DNA from: an uncultured Candidatus Saccharibacteria bacterium
Lineage (GTDB): Bacteria; Patescibacteriota; Minisyncoccia; Phycocordibacterales; UBA918
Direction of reading: 5' to 3'
Assembly: GCA_964399295.1 (NCBI GenBank)
Contig: CAYNQD010000001.1
Span: 527,672-591,671, forward strand
Length of the DNA: 64,000 nucleotides
Within the stretch, counting starts at the first letter, position 1. Each line of letters begins with the position of its first letter. Both the position numbers and the translations under genes were made by a program. The notes under the pieces were generated by a model. The model did no database searches, was not told the DNA's origin, and saw only the letters and a program-made list of their open reading frames with translations. Positions 18,704 to 27,736 of this stretch are shown one piece after another.

Positions 18704-19849
18704 CTACTCCAGTGAGTATAAATTGTTGAATCTGATACTAGTGCGAGTGATATTAAAGATAGGCTGGCTGTCGTTCGGATGAGAATTTATGATTTTATGC
18801 TTCTTTAAAAGTTTCTCAAAGCTCGTATTACTACCGATAAGTTGGGTACGATATTTTTCAGGATCATTTTCTACTCCGTCTGGTAAGAGTTTGATGAATT
18901 CATTTATATTTAATTCAATGACACGCTCTGGCATATATCGAATAACATTCTTGAAGAGTTGTATGTACTGATAGTCTTCACCCTTGTTTGTTGTTTTGTA
19001 TAAAAGTTTACTGTTTTGAAAATATATATGGTCCTGCTTAATTTCAAACAGCTTTGCTTGTTGTATTTCAGAGAGAGTAAAGACAATGCTGTTATGAAGA
19101 CGACTCAAATCTTGTGATATCCCTGCTTGAGGGTATGCGTTTGTTGCACTAAGGGTGGCCTGTTTAATTTTATTTATATAAGTGACACGAGCTACTGGTT
19201 TCTGCATCATTTCTACAAATTCACTCAATGTGATTTTGGTGTCATCATTAAAATTCAACATTTGATGATACAGCTTCACTCCTCGCATTAATGCACCAGA
19301 TACAGACAAGGCATCCTGATCATGAAATGTTCTGTGAAGTCCTAAAAAGTCAGCTCGTTTTTCAAACGAAATTAAATTATCACTCCTCATATCTTTAGCA
19401 GGATTAAAAGTCTCGTTGAGAAATGACATTGCTTCATCATCATACCCTAGTCTTTGCAATTCTTTTACTGCATCAAGTAACTCAAGTTCATTTGAGCCTA
19501 GCGGATGTTCATTTGAACCATGGTGGTTATGAGTCGCAAATGTCCGAAGACAACTTATCCGATCAGCAAGTAGGGCATTGCTTTCTAGATCATTCTTTTC
19601 AACTATAGCTTCAAGCGTTTCAACTGCCTTACCCGCACTCTGAACAATCTCGTCGTATTTATTTTGAAGTGCTTTGAGGTCATTTTCTCTGGCTACTACT
19701 GCTGGTGCTAAATGTTCAATCAAAGCAAATCCATCAGTAACTAAAAAGCTAAAATAGTCCGCAAAGGCAGTTAGGAAAGTGTTTGTGGAGTGACTATTTT
19801 GCTGTATGGATTCATACAGCTTTTGCTCCTTATCTACCACGCTTTTCAT
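18704..19849 (-). CDS. Hypothetical protein
   Basis: 381-aa ORF and the first gene of the minus-strand accessory operon. No motif was recognised. Confidence 0.45.
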   Translation of the reverse strand: MKSVVDKEQKLYESIQQNSHSTNTFLTAFADYFSFLVTDGFALIEHLAPAVVARENDLKALQNKYDEIVQSAGKAVETLEAIVEKNDLESNALLADRISCLRTFATHNHHGSNEHPLGSNELELLDAVKELQRLGYDDEAMSFLNETFNPAKDMRSDNLISFEKRADFLGLHRTFHDQDALSVSGALMRGVKLYHQMLNFNDDTKITLSEFVEMMQKPVARVTYINKIKQATLSATNAYPQAGISQDLSRLHNSIVFTLSEIQQAKLFEIKQDHIYFQNSKLLYKTTNKGEDYQYIQLFKNVIRYMPERVIELNINEFIKLLPDGVENDPEKYRTQLIGSNTSFEKLLKKHKIINSHPNDSQPIFNITRTSIRFNNLYSLE

Positions 19850-20003
19850 AGCTAAATAGTATCACTTTGAGCGTTTTTATACAGAAAATCAAAACTCCTA
19901 GGAATTGGCATTGTTTGGCATTTGGGTCTTGAGTATCGGAACGGGGTTGATTTTTCCATATTTTATGACATTGTACTAATGGAAATAGAAACTTTGACTC
20001 GAG

Positions 20004-20195
20004 GTGAACAAGATGAACGTCTTTAAACTCTTCTTCAATTGGCTTGGCGAAAAGTTTGGCGCCTGGCTTCAAAAAGTCGGCGAGGAAAATCGCCCTATAG
20101 AGAACGACTACGATGCTCCGTTCGACGATGAACCGATGTTCAGGCGTTCAGATCTTATGCCTGACGAGCGAGGCGATTTTGACAATCGGTTCTGA
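20004..20195 (+). CDS. Small acidic hypothetical protein
   Basis: 63 aa. Its GC content (about 49%) is higher than the surroundings, and it marks the start of a compositionally foreign segment. Confidence 0.3.
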   Translation: MNKMNVFKLFFNWLGEKFGAWLQKVGEENRPIENDYDAPFDDEPMFRRSDLMPDERGDFDNRF

Positions 20196-20307
20196 AATGT
20201 GTTGACAAAGTACATTTTTTTGTGTTGAATACAAGAACTCGCAGGCTTACGAGAAGCTGTGAGCGTTCCTAGGAAACTGAAACCCTTCAACCTCATGAGG
20301 TGAAACA

Positions 20308-20796
20308 ATGCAAGCGAAAAGCAACCTTGCGGTCCTTTCGGTCCGCGCGAAACTCGCCAATGATCCGGCGCTCTTGGATCGGATGATGGCCTACGACCAC
20401 CTGGCGCTCCGTGAGCGCATGCAGGTCAAGTACGGCTGGAGTCCGGAGAAGACCGACGAGCTGTTCGGCGAGATGAAGAAGTTCATGTATCTCTGCGCGA
20501 CCAACGACGGTGCCATGGCACCGCCCGAGGACATCGACGAGATCTGGCACAACTTTATCCTGTTCACCGGCGACTATGCCGACTACTGTCAGGACACTGT
20601 CGGCATGTTCCTTCATCACCAGCCGCTCACGGTCGCCCAGCGCGCCCAAAGCGACGGCTCGATGATCACGAATACGCTGGATGCTGCCCGTCGCGCTTTC
20701 GGCGACGATGTTCCCGAGAAGTACTGGTCCTTCCAGAAGATCCCGGGGAGCTGTGGACCGGGCGTCTGTGGTGCTTCGACCAACTGCCAAAGCTGA
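20308..20796 (+). CDS. Hypothetical protein in a strongly GC-rich (about 60%) segment, possibly DUF1399/GRDP-like
   Basis: 162 aa. The composition is clearly different from the roughly 40% GC background. The DEIWHNFILFTGDYADYC region resembles the W-H-x-H...DC core of DUF1399. A hairpin plus T8 terminator follows it. Confidence 0.5.
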   Translation: MQAKSNLAVLSVRAKLANDPALLDRMMAYDHLALRERMQVKYGWSPEKTDELFGEMKKFMYLCATNDGAMAPPEDIDEIWHNFILFTGDYADYCQDTVGMFLHHQPLTVAQRAQSDGSMITNTLDAARRAFGDDVPEKYWSFQKIPGSCGPGVCGASTNCQS

Positions 20797-20877
20797 CGAT
20801 CGGCCGACGGCAATCATGAATCGCGCGTCATCCTTTCGAGGGTGACGCGCATTTTTTTTACAACCAGAGGAATCATT

Positions 20878-21381
20878 ATGGATAACTGGAGAATTGTTCC
20901 TGCTACCCCAGAAGATGCACTGAGGTTGTCGCGTCTTATGGATAGATTGGAGTTAGAAAGTGACTTCATGATGTATGAAGCTCAAGAAGTTCCAACTGGG
21001 GAGCTGCTTCGCCGACGCCTTGAAGCAGGAGTTAAAACTACGAAAGAGACCTTTCTGCTTGCAATTGCAAACGAAGATATCTATGGATACGCACTAGTAT
21101 TCCGTGGAAATTTTGCTCGCAATTGTGGTGTAGGGACTCTCGCACTGGGTGTTGCAAGGGCTGCACAAGGGTATGGCATCGGATCAGCGCTCATCGCAGA
21201 ATCGATTGCTTGGGCTAAACATCAGGGTCTGTACCGACTCCAACTACAAGTTCAAACTAGCAATACGGGGGCGTTTCGTCTTTACCAGAAGTTTGGTTTC
21301 CAAAACGAAGGCACTCTATACCGTTGCGCACTTGTGAATGGTGAGTATGTCGACAAGTACCAGATGGCCCTTCTGTTGTAA
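20878..21381 (+). CDS. GNAT-family N-acetyltransferase
   Basis: VGTLALGVARAAQGYGIGSALI...FRLYQKFGF matches the acetyl-CoA-binding motif A of GNAT. The start is taken as the internal Met (MDNWRIV). Confidence 0.7.
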   Translation: MDNWRIVPATPEDALRLSRLMDRLELESDFMMYEAQEVPTGELLRRRLEAGVKTTKETFLLAIANEDIYGYALVFRGNFARNCGVGTLALGVARAAQGYGIGSALIAESIAWAKHQGLYRLQLQVQTSNTGAFRLYQKFGFQNEGTLYRCALVNGEYVDKYQMALLL

Positions 21382-21454
21382 CTGGAACCCTGTTTTACGA
21401 ATGTATTCCAGGGTTTCTTTTTTTCTTAAGCTTCTATACAATAACTTTACTATT

Positions 21455-22051
21455 ATGAATGAAAAACAAACCAAATGGGATGAGGGATTTAAAGCTGGTC
21501 GAGACTACAATCCAATGAATGAAATTTTACTGGATCTTATTTTAAATAAAGTCGAGAACGATAAGAAGAATGCTATTGATCTAGGTTGTGGCACTGGTGA
21601 TGCTGTGATGAAGCTCGCTAAACGTGGGATGACTGTTACAGGTACTGATTGGTCGCCGGAAGCGTTACGTAAAGCGCAGGAGCGTGCCGGAGCAGTAGGT
21701 GTAGCAGAAAATATTAACTTACGAGAAGTAGATCTTAATCTTTTAGCAGAAGCTAATTTAGATAAAGATTGGGCAGATGTAATTCTGTGTAAATTAGTTA
21801 TAGCATTTGTATCTGACAAAAAAGCTTTTTGTGAAGAAGTGAAAACACTGATGAATAAGAATGGTGTTTTTGTAATACAGACACCTGTATTACATGAATC
21901 AGTAAAATACACATCAGAAGACAAACCTGGCATTGCCGTTCAATACGTTGAATTCAAAAACATGCTAGAGGAGGTATTTACAGACGTAATAGAATTTAAT
22001 CACTCCTACTATAGTGACCGTGGTGATCTGGTCACATTTTTGGTGAAGTAG
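21455..22051 (+). CDS. Class I SAM-dependent methyltransferase
   Basis: AIDLGCGTGDAVMKLAKRGMTVTGTDWS is motif I. The real start is MNEKQTKW at 21455, and the upstream extension in the ORF track is unlikely. Confidence 0.7.
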   Translation: MNEKQTKWDEGFKAGRDYNPMNEILLDLILNKVENDKKNAIDLGCGTGDAVMKLAKRGMTVTGTDWSPEALRKAQERAGAVGVAENINLREVDLNLLAEANLDKDWADVILCKLVIAFVSDKKAFCEEVKTLMNKNGVFVIQTPVLHESVKYTSEDKPGIAVQYVEFKNMLEEVFTDVIEFNHSYYSDRGDLVTFLVK

Positions 22052-22291
22052 GTCTTCTAACTTACATTTGATTATATTTTGACTCCGACCCACTTACCTA
22101 AATTGACCTAGCCAAAAGCTTCTATAATGCCCTTACAAGGCCTTATCTGTGGGGCACTTAACCCAAATAGCCCGCGAGCACAAAATAGCGCCCATAAGGG
22201 CGCGTATTTTGTTCGTGCATTTGCATTTCCAAACCATACTAAACTATAATTCAACCTAACAGCGCGCAAACCCAAAAACTTCCTTTCCTCT

Positions 22292-22855
22292 ATGCAAATA
22301 ACCTTCATAACCGGCAATCAAAATAAAGCAGACTACCTGGCAAAATACCTGGGCTATCCTGTCGATCACGTAAAACTTGATTTGGATGAGATTCAATCTC
22401 TCGATCTCAAAGAAATTGTTGAGCACAAAGTCCGCCAAGCTTACGAGAAAATAAAGAGGCCGGTCATTGTTGAGGATGTATCTCTTGAGTTTGCAGCCCT
22501 TGGTGACTTGCCCGGGCCTTTCATACGCTTCTTTGTCGAACAAGTTCCCTTTAAAACCATCTGTTCAATGATAGACGGACGAAGTCGCCGCGCAACCGCC
22601 AAATGTGTATTTGGATACTATGACGGCGAAGAGTTGAAACTTTTTGAAGGCAGTCTGGCTGGAACCATCGCCGAAATGCCCGCTGGTGACAGTGGCTACG
22701 GCTGGGACAAAATTTTTATACCCGATGGATATACGGTTACACGAGCGCAACTAAGTGAAGAAGATGACCAAAAAACGTATACGCAAATGAAGCCGTTTGC
22801 AAAGCTAAAAATGTTTTTAGAAAAAATGACCCACAAACCCCAAAAACTCGACTAA
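22292..22855 (+). CDS. Non-canonical purine NTP pyrophosphatase (Ham1/RdgB family)
   Basis: ITFITGNQNKADY...VIVEDVSLEFAALGDLPGPF corresponds to the Ham1 motifs (xTGNxxK ... DDSGLxVxAL.G.PG). Confidence 0.7.
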   Translation: MQITFITGNQNKADYLAKYLGYPVDHVKLDLDEIQSLDLKEIVEHKVRQAYEKIKRPVIVEDVSLEFAALGDLPGPFIRFFVEQVPFKTICSMIDGRSRRATAKCVFGYYDGEELKLFEGSLAGTIAEMPAGDSGYGWDKIFIPDGYTVTRAQLSEEDDQKTYTQMKPFAKLKMFLEKMTHKPQKLD

Positions 22856-22875
22856 AAAATGCTAAAATACCCCCA

Positions 22876-23505
22876 ATGACAAAAAACAAAAATCAAATTT
22901 TTATAATTCATGGCGGGATGACTTTTAAGAATAAGCGGGATTATTTGTCTTTCCTTAAAAATCGTGAAGTATCGGTTGAAAAGAGCGTGTCCTGGAGTGC
23001 ACAATGGCTAGACAAAAAACTGGGCAAGGAATACGAAATCATCCGCCCGCGCATGCCCTTATCGGATGACGCAAAATATGAAGAATGGAAAATTCACTTT
23101 GAGAGATTTATTCCCCTGCTAAGAAATGGAGTTATTCTCATTGGTTCCTCTTTGGGTGGAATTTTCCTAGCCAAATACCTGTCCGAACACAAATTTCCCA
23201 AGAAGATTCAAGGCGTGTTTTTGATCTGCCCCCCTTTCGACAACACTGTCGCCGGAGAAGATTTGGTGGGTGGTTTTAAATTAAAATCCGACCTGTCTTT
23301 ACTGGAGAAAAATACAAAAAACCTGCATCTACTTTTCTCGGAAGATGACGACGTCGTACCCGTATCTCACGCCGAAAAATACCGACAAAAATTAAAGGCC
23401 GCCAACATCGTCATCTACAAAAACAAAAACGGCCATTTCAAGATTGCTGAATTTCCAGAAATTGTGAAAATAATCAAGAGTTTTAAAAAATTAAAAAGAG
23501 CATAG
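22876..23505 (+). CDS. Alpha/beta-fold serine hydrolase (YdeN/RBBP9-like)
   Basis: IFIIHG ... LIGSSLGGIFLAKY (nucleophile elbow GxSxG) ... a catalytic His near the C-terminus (NGHF). Confidence 0.55.
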   Translation: MTKNKNQIFIIHGGMTFKNKRDYLSFLKNREVSVEKSVSWSAQWLDKKLGKEYEIIRPRMPLSDDAKYEEWKIHFERFIPLLRNGVILIGSSLGGIFLAKYLSEHKFPKKIQGVFLICPPFDNTVAGEDLVGGFKLKSDLSLLEKNTKNLHLLFSEDDDVVPVSHAEKYRQKLKAANIVIYKNKNGHFKIAEFPEIVKIIKSFKKLKRA

Positions 23506-23568
23506 TAAAGAGTTGATAAATTATGTTGAGTTGTGAAATTTCGAACGTATATATTATAATGTTGGGAT

Positions 23569-23870
23569 ATGAGTAAAGTAATAGTGGGAATAGGGTTGCC
23601 CGGTTCTGGAAAAACCACAGCCCTAAAGCCGTTTGCAGATAAAAATTCTTATATCTACATATGTCCGGACGATATACGCGCTGAGTTAACAGGCAATCCA
23701 GCCGATCAGTCAAAAAACAATGCAAAGAATGCACGCCATGCTTGAAAACGCTCCGCCGGAAATTACCGACGGGTTTGATAGTTTATTTTTTATTGATGAA
23801 TTTCAGGAATTAAAAAGAGTCAAAATTGGAGGTGAACATACCGCAATCAAAGAGTTTAAAATCACATAAT
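23569..23870 (+). pseudogene. Frameshifted P-loop kinase/ATPase remnant
   Basis: From the ATG at 23569 the frame reads MSKVIVGIGLPGSGKTTALKPFADKNSYIYICPDDIRAELTGNPADQSKNNAKNARHA* (stop at 23745). It has a Walker A motif and is only 58 aa. The +1 frame continues from 23737 as MLENAPPEITDGFDSLFFIDEFQELKRVKIGGEHTAIKEFKIT* to 23870. Confidence 0.35.
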
Positions 23871-23876
23871 TGTACC

Positions 23877-24926
23877 ATGGAAAAACTACCAACAATCCCC
23901 ACAATAGAAAAAACCGACAATTCAGAGTCTTTGCCCGAATCCAACTCTTTGCAAATTGAGCGAGCTTCAACGCATGCTTTGGAGAAAAATTTTTCTAGTC
24001 TCACTTGGAATGAAGAACTTTTGACGCGTTGGCTGCGTCGCTTTTATGCCATCGACATAGACATCAAGGAAAATCCTGATGCCACTTTTACCATTCCCGC
24101 TCCCTCCCTTCCGGAAAATTTACCCCACTTACCCAAAGGCTACGGCATGAAAGGCGGCGCGGCCAGGATTGTGCTTCGCGCGGCGCTAGGCCTGGAAATC
24201 AACGCCCCTCGAGATATTGATCTGACTTATATAGGCGTGGAAGCACCCGACGACGAGCTCTCCGATCACCTGGCACAGACTTACATGCCCGACGACTGGG
24301 CATTTGGTCATGGCATAGAAGCTCTGGAAGAAGACTACTTCGCCACCCGTGATTTTACCTGGAACGAAATATTGTACGCCGACGGCCAAATAACCTGCAG
24401 CAAACAATGTCTTTTGGATACCATTAGAAATATAGTGCGGATTGCAGATTTTGAAAAACGGGAATCCTATTACGGCGAGCCTTTTTATGTTAAGCCAAAA
24501 TTATTGGCCAAAGCGGTGCGTTTTATTGCTGAGGCTCGAGCAAATGGAAATAAAAATACCGCTCTAAGTAAAGAAACTTCTCAAGCTGTTGAAATGGGTA
24601 TCGACGACTGGCATATCGCGCTTCACCTCAATCGCGCTTTTGAGCAAGGAGATGATAAAGCTCAGGCGTACGTGGATGAACTAAATGAACGCAATCTGCT
24701 CCCAAACACCGTAAAAACCGCAGTAGACGCGCTTCACTACTTATCTGAAGCCAGCGATTTTATATTTAGAGCCGAAGCGGCGGAGATTTTGGATCGAGAA
24801 ATTAGGCTCAAAGAAGAACTTGAGGAAGAAGCGCGTCAGGAAGAAGAATTATTTAAATATGAAGAACACGATACCACGGAAGCACACCAGGGAATTATTC
24901 CTTTCTGGCGTTCACCCGGTGGGTAG
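23877..24926 (+). CDS. Hypothetical protein with a possible nucleotidyltransferase-fold motif and an acidic C-terminal tail
   Basis: KGGAARIVLRAALGLEINAPRDIDL resembles the Pol-beta-type NTase motif hG[GS]...Dh[DE]h, although the spacer is longer than usual. The C-terminus is Glu-rich. The start is chosen at MEKLPTIP, and the ORF track start at 23826 overlaps the kinase remnant. Confidence 0.4.
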   Translation: MEKLPTIPTIEKTDNSESLPESNSLQIERASTHALEKNFSSLTWNEELLTRWLRRFYAIDIDIKENPDATFTIPAPSLPENLPHLPKGYGMKGGAARIVLRAALGLEINAPRDIDLTYIGVEAPDDELSDHLAQTYMPDDWAFGHGIEALEEDYFATRDFTWNEILYADGQITCSKQCLLDTIRNIVRIADFEKRESYYGEPFYVKPKLLAKAVRFIAEARANGNKNTALSKETSQAVEMGIDDWHIALHLNRAFEQGDDKAQAYVDELNERNLLPNTVKTAVDALHYLSEASDFIFRAEAAEILDREIRLKEELEEEARQEEELFKYEEHDTTEAHQGIIPFWRSPGG

Positions 24927-25132
24927 AAAGTCGATTTTGAGTGCTCTTAGCTTTTAACGCTATATATTATTAGCGGTAAAGGCAAGAATTCTTAAAAAAT
25001 GAATAATTGAATTAAGTTGAGATTCAGGATTTGCCCTTGACTAAGATCATAAATTTTGGTACTAATTGCCAAGGATTGAGAAGATGTGTAATTTTTGTTT
25101 TTTAATTTTTTAAATTTAAAAAGGAGGACTTA

Positions 25133-25498
25133 ATGTCCCGTTTAAAAACGCGTTTAAAAGAAATTACTTCCATTGAAGAAAATATAATCTGGTCGTTGGA
25201 GGAATTATACGCTAATTTTTCCAGTTCAAGCGAGGATCAGAAGCTAGCCTTCTTTGGCGCAGCCTCTATACTGTTTTCAATAATACACGACAGCCGTTGT
25301 GAAGATATTGATAAACTCTTGGAGGTTATCGAGAGATTTGTGTCACAAGAAATGACACATCAACAAGACCGAGATTTGCAGTATTTCGCCAAAAAAGCGA
25401 AAATAACACTCTTGGAACAAAGAGTTGAGCGAGCCTCTGGGCAAGCCGGAGGCAAAAAGGCTATTAAGCCCCTCTGCAGCTGGAACAACGCGGTATAA
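25133..25498 (+). CDS. Hypothetical protein
   Basis: 121-aa ORF with a strong SD (AAAGGAGGA) 8 nt upstream. It is followed by a perfect bidirectional terminator. Confidence 0.5.
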   Translation: MSRLKTRLKEITSIEENIIWSLEELYANFSSSSEDQKLAFFGAASILFSIIHDSRCEDIDKLLEVIERFVSQEMTHQQDRDLQYFAKKAKITLLEQRVERASGQAGGKKAIKPLCSWNNAV

Positions 25499-25510
25499 AA
25501 AGATAGAAAA

Positions 25511-25541
25511 AAACGAGCTAATCAGTGATTAGCTCGTTTTG
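25511..25541. terminator. Bidirectional rho-independent terminator
   Basis: AAACGAGCTAATC-agt-GATTAGCTCGTTT is a perfect 13-bp stem. It is flanked by an A-run upstream and a T-run downstream, so it serves the convergent genes 25133..25498 (+) and 25601..26185 (-). Confidence 0.7.
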
Positions 25542-25600
25542 TAGTTGTTGGATGAAGTGAAGAAACTGCCAACCAAGACAGTTTCTTTGGGCCAAAGAAT

Positions 25601-26185
25601 TTATTTCTTGGCCTCCATTTCGAGGAGATGGTCCCTCCACCAAGGGGGTAGTTCATTCAATTCGTGCTCCCACTCCGCACAAAACACTTCCTCGAATTTT
25701 TCTTGCAGCCTTGCTGTTAGCGACTTGTCCACCACGGGATGTGCGTGATAACAAGATTTAGCTGCAATCTCTACCCACCTAAATACTGCAGAGGATGCCG
25801 ATATCCTGGCCGCTGACTTATTTTCACGATATCCTACTAGTGAAGAAATAAGTGTCTCCAATTCAGTTTTTGTTATTTTTCCTAACAGGTATTCCCTGTG
25901 AAGAGAGTTTATCTTTTTTGCTATTCCAGTCCTATCAAGACCCTGGCACACCTCAGCACAGAAGAGAGCAAACTCCCTCTTCTGTCTGTTGTTGTTTTTC
26001 ATTTGCTCTAGGACCCACAGGGTGTCCCACCAGCCGCACAGGTTAAATACCGTTTTTATCGGTATAGGTGGGTCCTCACGAAAGACCGGATGGATCGCTC
26101 TTACTATACGATCCTGAGTATCAAACCTACTATGTTGATACATCAGGTCGCTTAAGTATATATACATCTTCCTCTCCACTCCCAC
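25601..26185 (-). CDS. Hypothetical protein
   Basis: 194-aa ORF with no motif recognised. Confidence 0.4.
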   Translation of the reverse strand: MGVERKMYIYLSDLMYQHSRFDTQDRIVRAIHPVFREDPPIPIKTVFNLCGWWDTLWVLEQMKNNNRQKREFALFCAEVCQGLDRTGIAKKINSLHREYLLGKITKTELETLISSLVGYRENKSAARISASSAVFRWVEIAAKSCYHAHPVVDKSLTARLQEKFEEVFCAEWEHELNELPPWWRDHLLEMEAKK

Positions 26186-26440
26186 ACCTCACTCCGCGAT
26201 GCAGGAAACGTTTTTTAAAAGCGCGGGTACGCTTGGTTTTTTTCAAAGAACCAACCTCCACCAACTTTCAAATTTTCTTAAAAGTTGAGTAACAAGGTGG
26301 CGAAGCAAAGCTTCGCCACCCCTTTTGTATATACAAAAGCTTATTTTCTAAGCTTTTGTTCACTTATTATTTTAGCATAGTTTTGGAGGTTTGTCAATTA
26401 TATTGTGTAGTTTTTCAATAATTCTCCCTGAAGTCCTTTA

Positions 26441-27613
26441 TCATTTTCTCACCGCACCAGCCACCGCTTTCACCAAACCTGCGCTCATTACCGGTGGAAT
26501 AATCATGTCGGCGGTTGGTTTTTTTACTAGACTGGCAATCTTTTTGGCGACCGCGATTTTTGTCGCGTCGGTTATTTCCTTTATTCCTTTATCCAAAGTG
26601 CCGCGAAACAAGCCGGGGAAAGCCAGGGAGTTATTTACCTGATTGGAAAAATCAGACCGTCCGGTAGCCACGACCAGCGCTCCAGCACGAAGCGCATCTT
26701 CGGGCATAATCTCCGGAATGGGATTGGCCATCGCGAAAACAATCGCCTTTTCTGCCATCGCCGAAATATGAGCTTGAGCAATCGTCCCCGGGCCGGACAC
26801 GCCAATTATCACATCTGCGCCAGTAGCCGCCGCCATGACATCACCCTGAAGGCGGTCTGGGTTTGTTATTTCAGACAAATGACGTTTGTACCCATCCAAA
26901 TCACTGCGCCCTCTATATATAATCCCTTTGGTGTCGGTGATGATGAGATTATTTATTCCGGCCAGCTTGAGCAAAAGAGCAATCGCTCGGCCGGCAGCAC
27001 CCGCGCCCACGATCACGACTTTTAGATTTTCAAATTTCTTCCCCACCACTTTGGCGGCATTTATCAAACCAGCCAAAACCACAATCGCCGTCCCATGCTG
27101 ATCGTCATGAATGACCGGAATATCAAGCTCCTTTTTCAAGCGTTCTTCAATCACAAAACATTTAGGAGCGGAAATATCTTCCAGATTTATTCCGCCAAAA
27201 GTCGGCGCAATGGCTTTGATGACGGCAATGATTTCTTCAGTTCCTTGCGTATTCAAAACAATCGGAAAAGCATCGATATCGGCCATCTCTTTAAAAATCG
27301 CGCACTTTCCTTCCATCACCGGCAAAGCCGCTAGGGGGCCAATGTTTCCCAAACCCAGCACCGCCGACCCATCAGAAATGACAGCCACCGTATTATTTTT
27401 TATTGTATACAAACGCGCGTCTTTGGGATTTTTGGCCAAGTGAGCAGACACCGCCCCCACCCCTGGAGTATACATCGTGCTCCAGTCGTCTTTGGATTTT
27501 AGCGGACTTTTGCTGTTGACTGTTAGTTTGCCTTTTAATTTTTTATGGAGAGTGAGGGCTAGTTTGTTGTAATCTTTCTTTGGTTCTTTTTTGTCTTTTT
27601 TTGAGGCTGGCAT
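26441..27613 (-). CDS. NAD(P)-dependent malic enzyme (malate dehydrogenase, oxaloacetate-decarboxylating)
   Basis: ALPVMEGKCAIFKEMADIDAFPIVL and the Rossmann motif VVIVGAGAAGRAIALLL are characteristic of the malic-enzyme family. There is a Lys-rich N-terminal extension. Confidence 0.8.
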   Translation of the reverse strand: MPASKKDKKEPKKDYNKLALTLHKKLKGKLTVNSKSPLKSKDDWSTMYTPGVGAVSAHLAKNPKDARLYTIKNNTVAVISDGSAVLGLGNIGPLAALPVMEGKCAIFKEMADIDAFPIVLNTQGTEEIIAVIKAIAPTFGGINLEDISAPKCFVIEERLKKELDIPVIHDDQHGTAIVVLAGLINAAKVVGKKFENLKVVIVGAGAAGRAIALLLKLAGINNLIITDTKGIIYRGRSDLDGYKRHLSEITNPDRLQGDVMAAATGADVIIGVSGPGTIAQAHISAMAEKAIVFAMANPIPEIMPEDALRAGALVVATGRSDFSNQVNNSLAFPGLFRGTLDKGIKEITDATKIAVAKKIASLVKKPTADMIIPPVMSAGLVKAVAGAVRK

Positions 27614-27671
27614 AATTTTTTAAAAGTGATTAGGAACACCTAGTATACACCAAATTAAATTATGAAAATAT

Positions 27672-27718
27672 AGAAAATAAAAAAGAGCCCCATTCCAAAA
27701 ATCTGGAAGGGGGCTCTT
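27672..27718 (-). terminator. Rho-independent terminator downstream of the gene at 27737..28393
   Basis: The stem is AAGAGCCCC ... GGGGCTCTT. On the minus strand it is followed by a U-rich run, the reverse complement of the A-rich 27671-27682. Confidence 0.5.
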
Positions 27719-27736
27719 GAGCTATACCTGAGTGGC

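Noticed and set aside
19850-20310. A direct repeat of the tRNA-Ser 3' end marking the far attachment site of the island
   Set aside because: I looked for CGAATCCTCTCGTCTCC-like sequence at the island's distal edge and elsewhere and did not see one. The boundary therefore stays approximate, and serine recombinases do not require long duplications.
26068-26292. 74-aa and 64-aa ORFs (25852..26046 and 26068..26292) between 25601..26185 and the malic enzyme gene
   Set aside because: One is antisense to a better-supported gene and the other sits in the intergenic region that ends in a hairpin. There is no SD and no homology.
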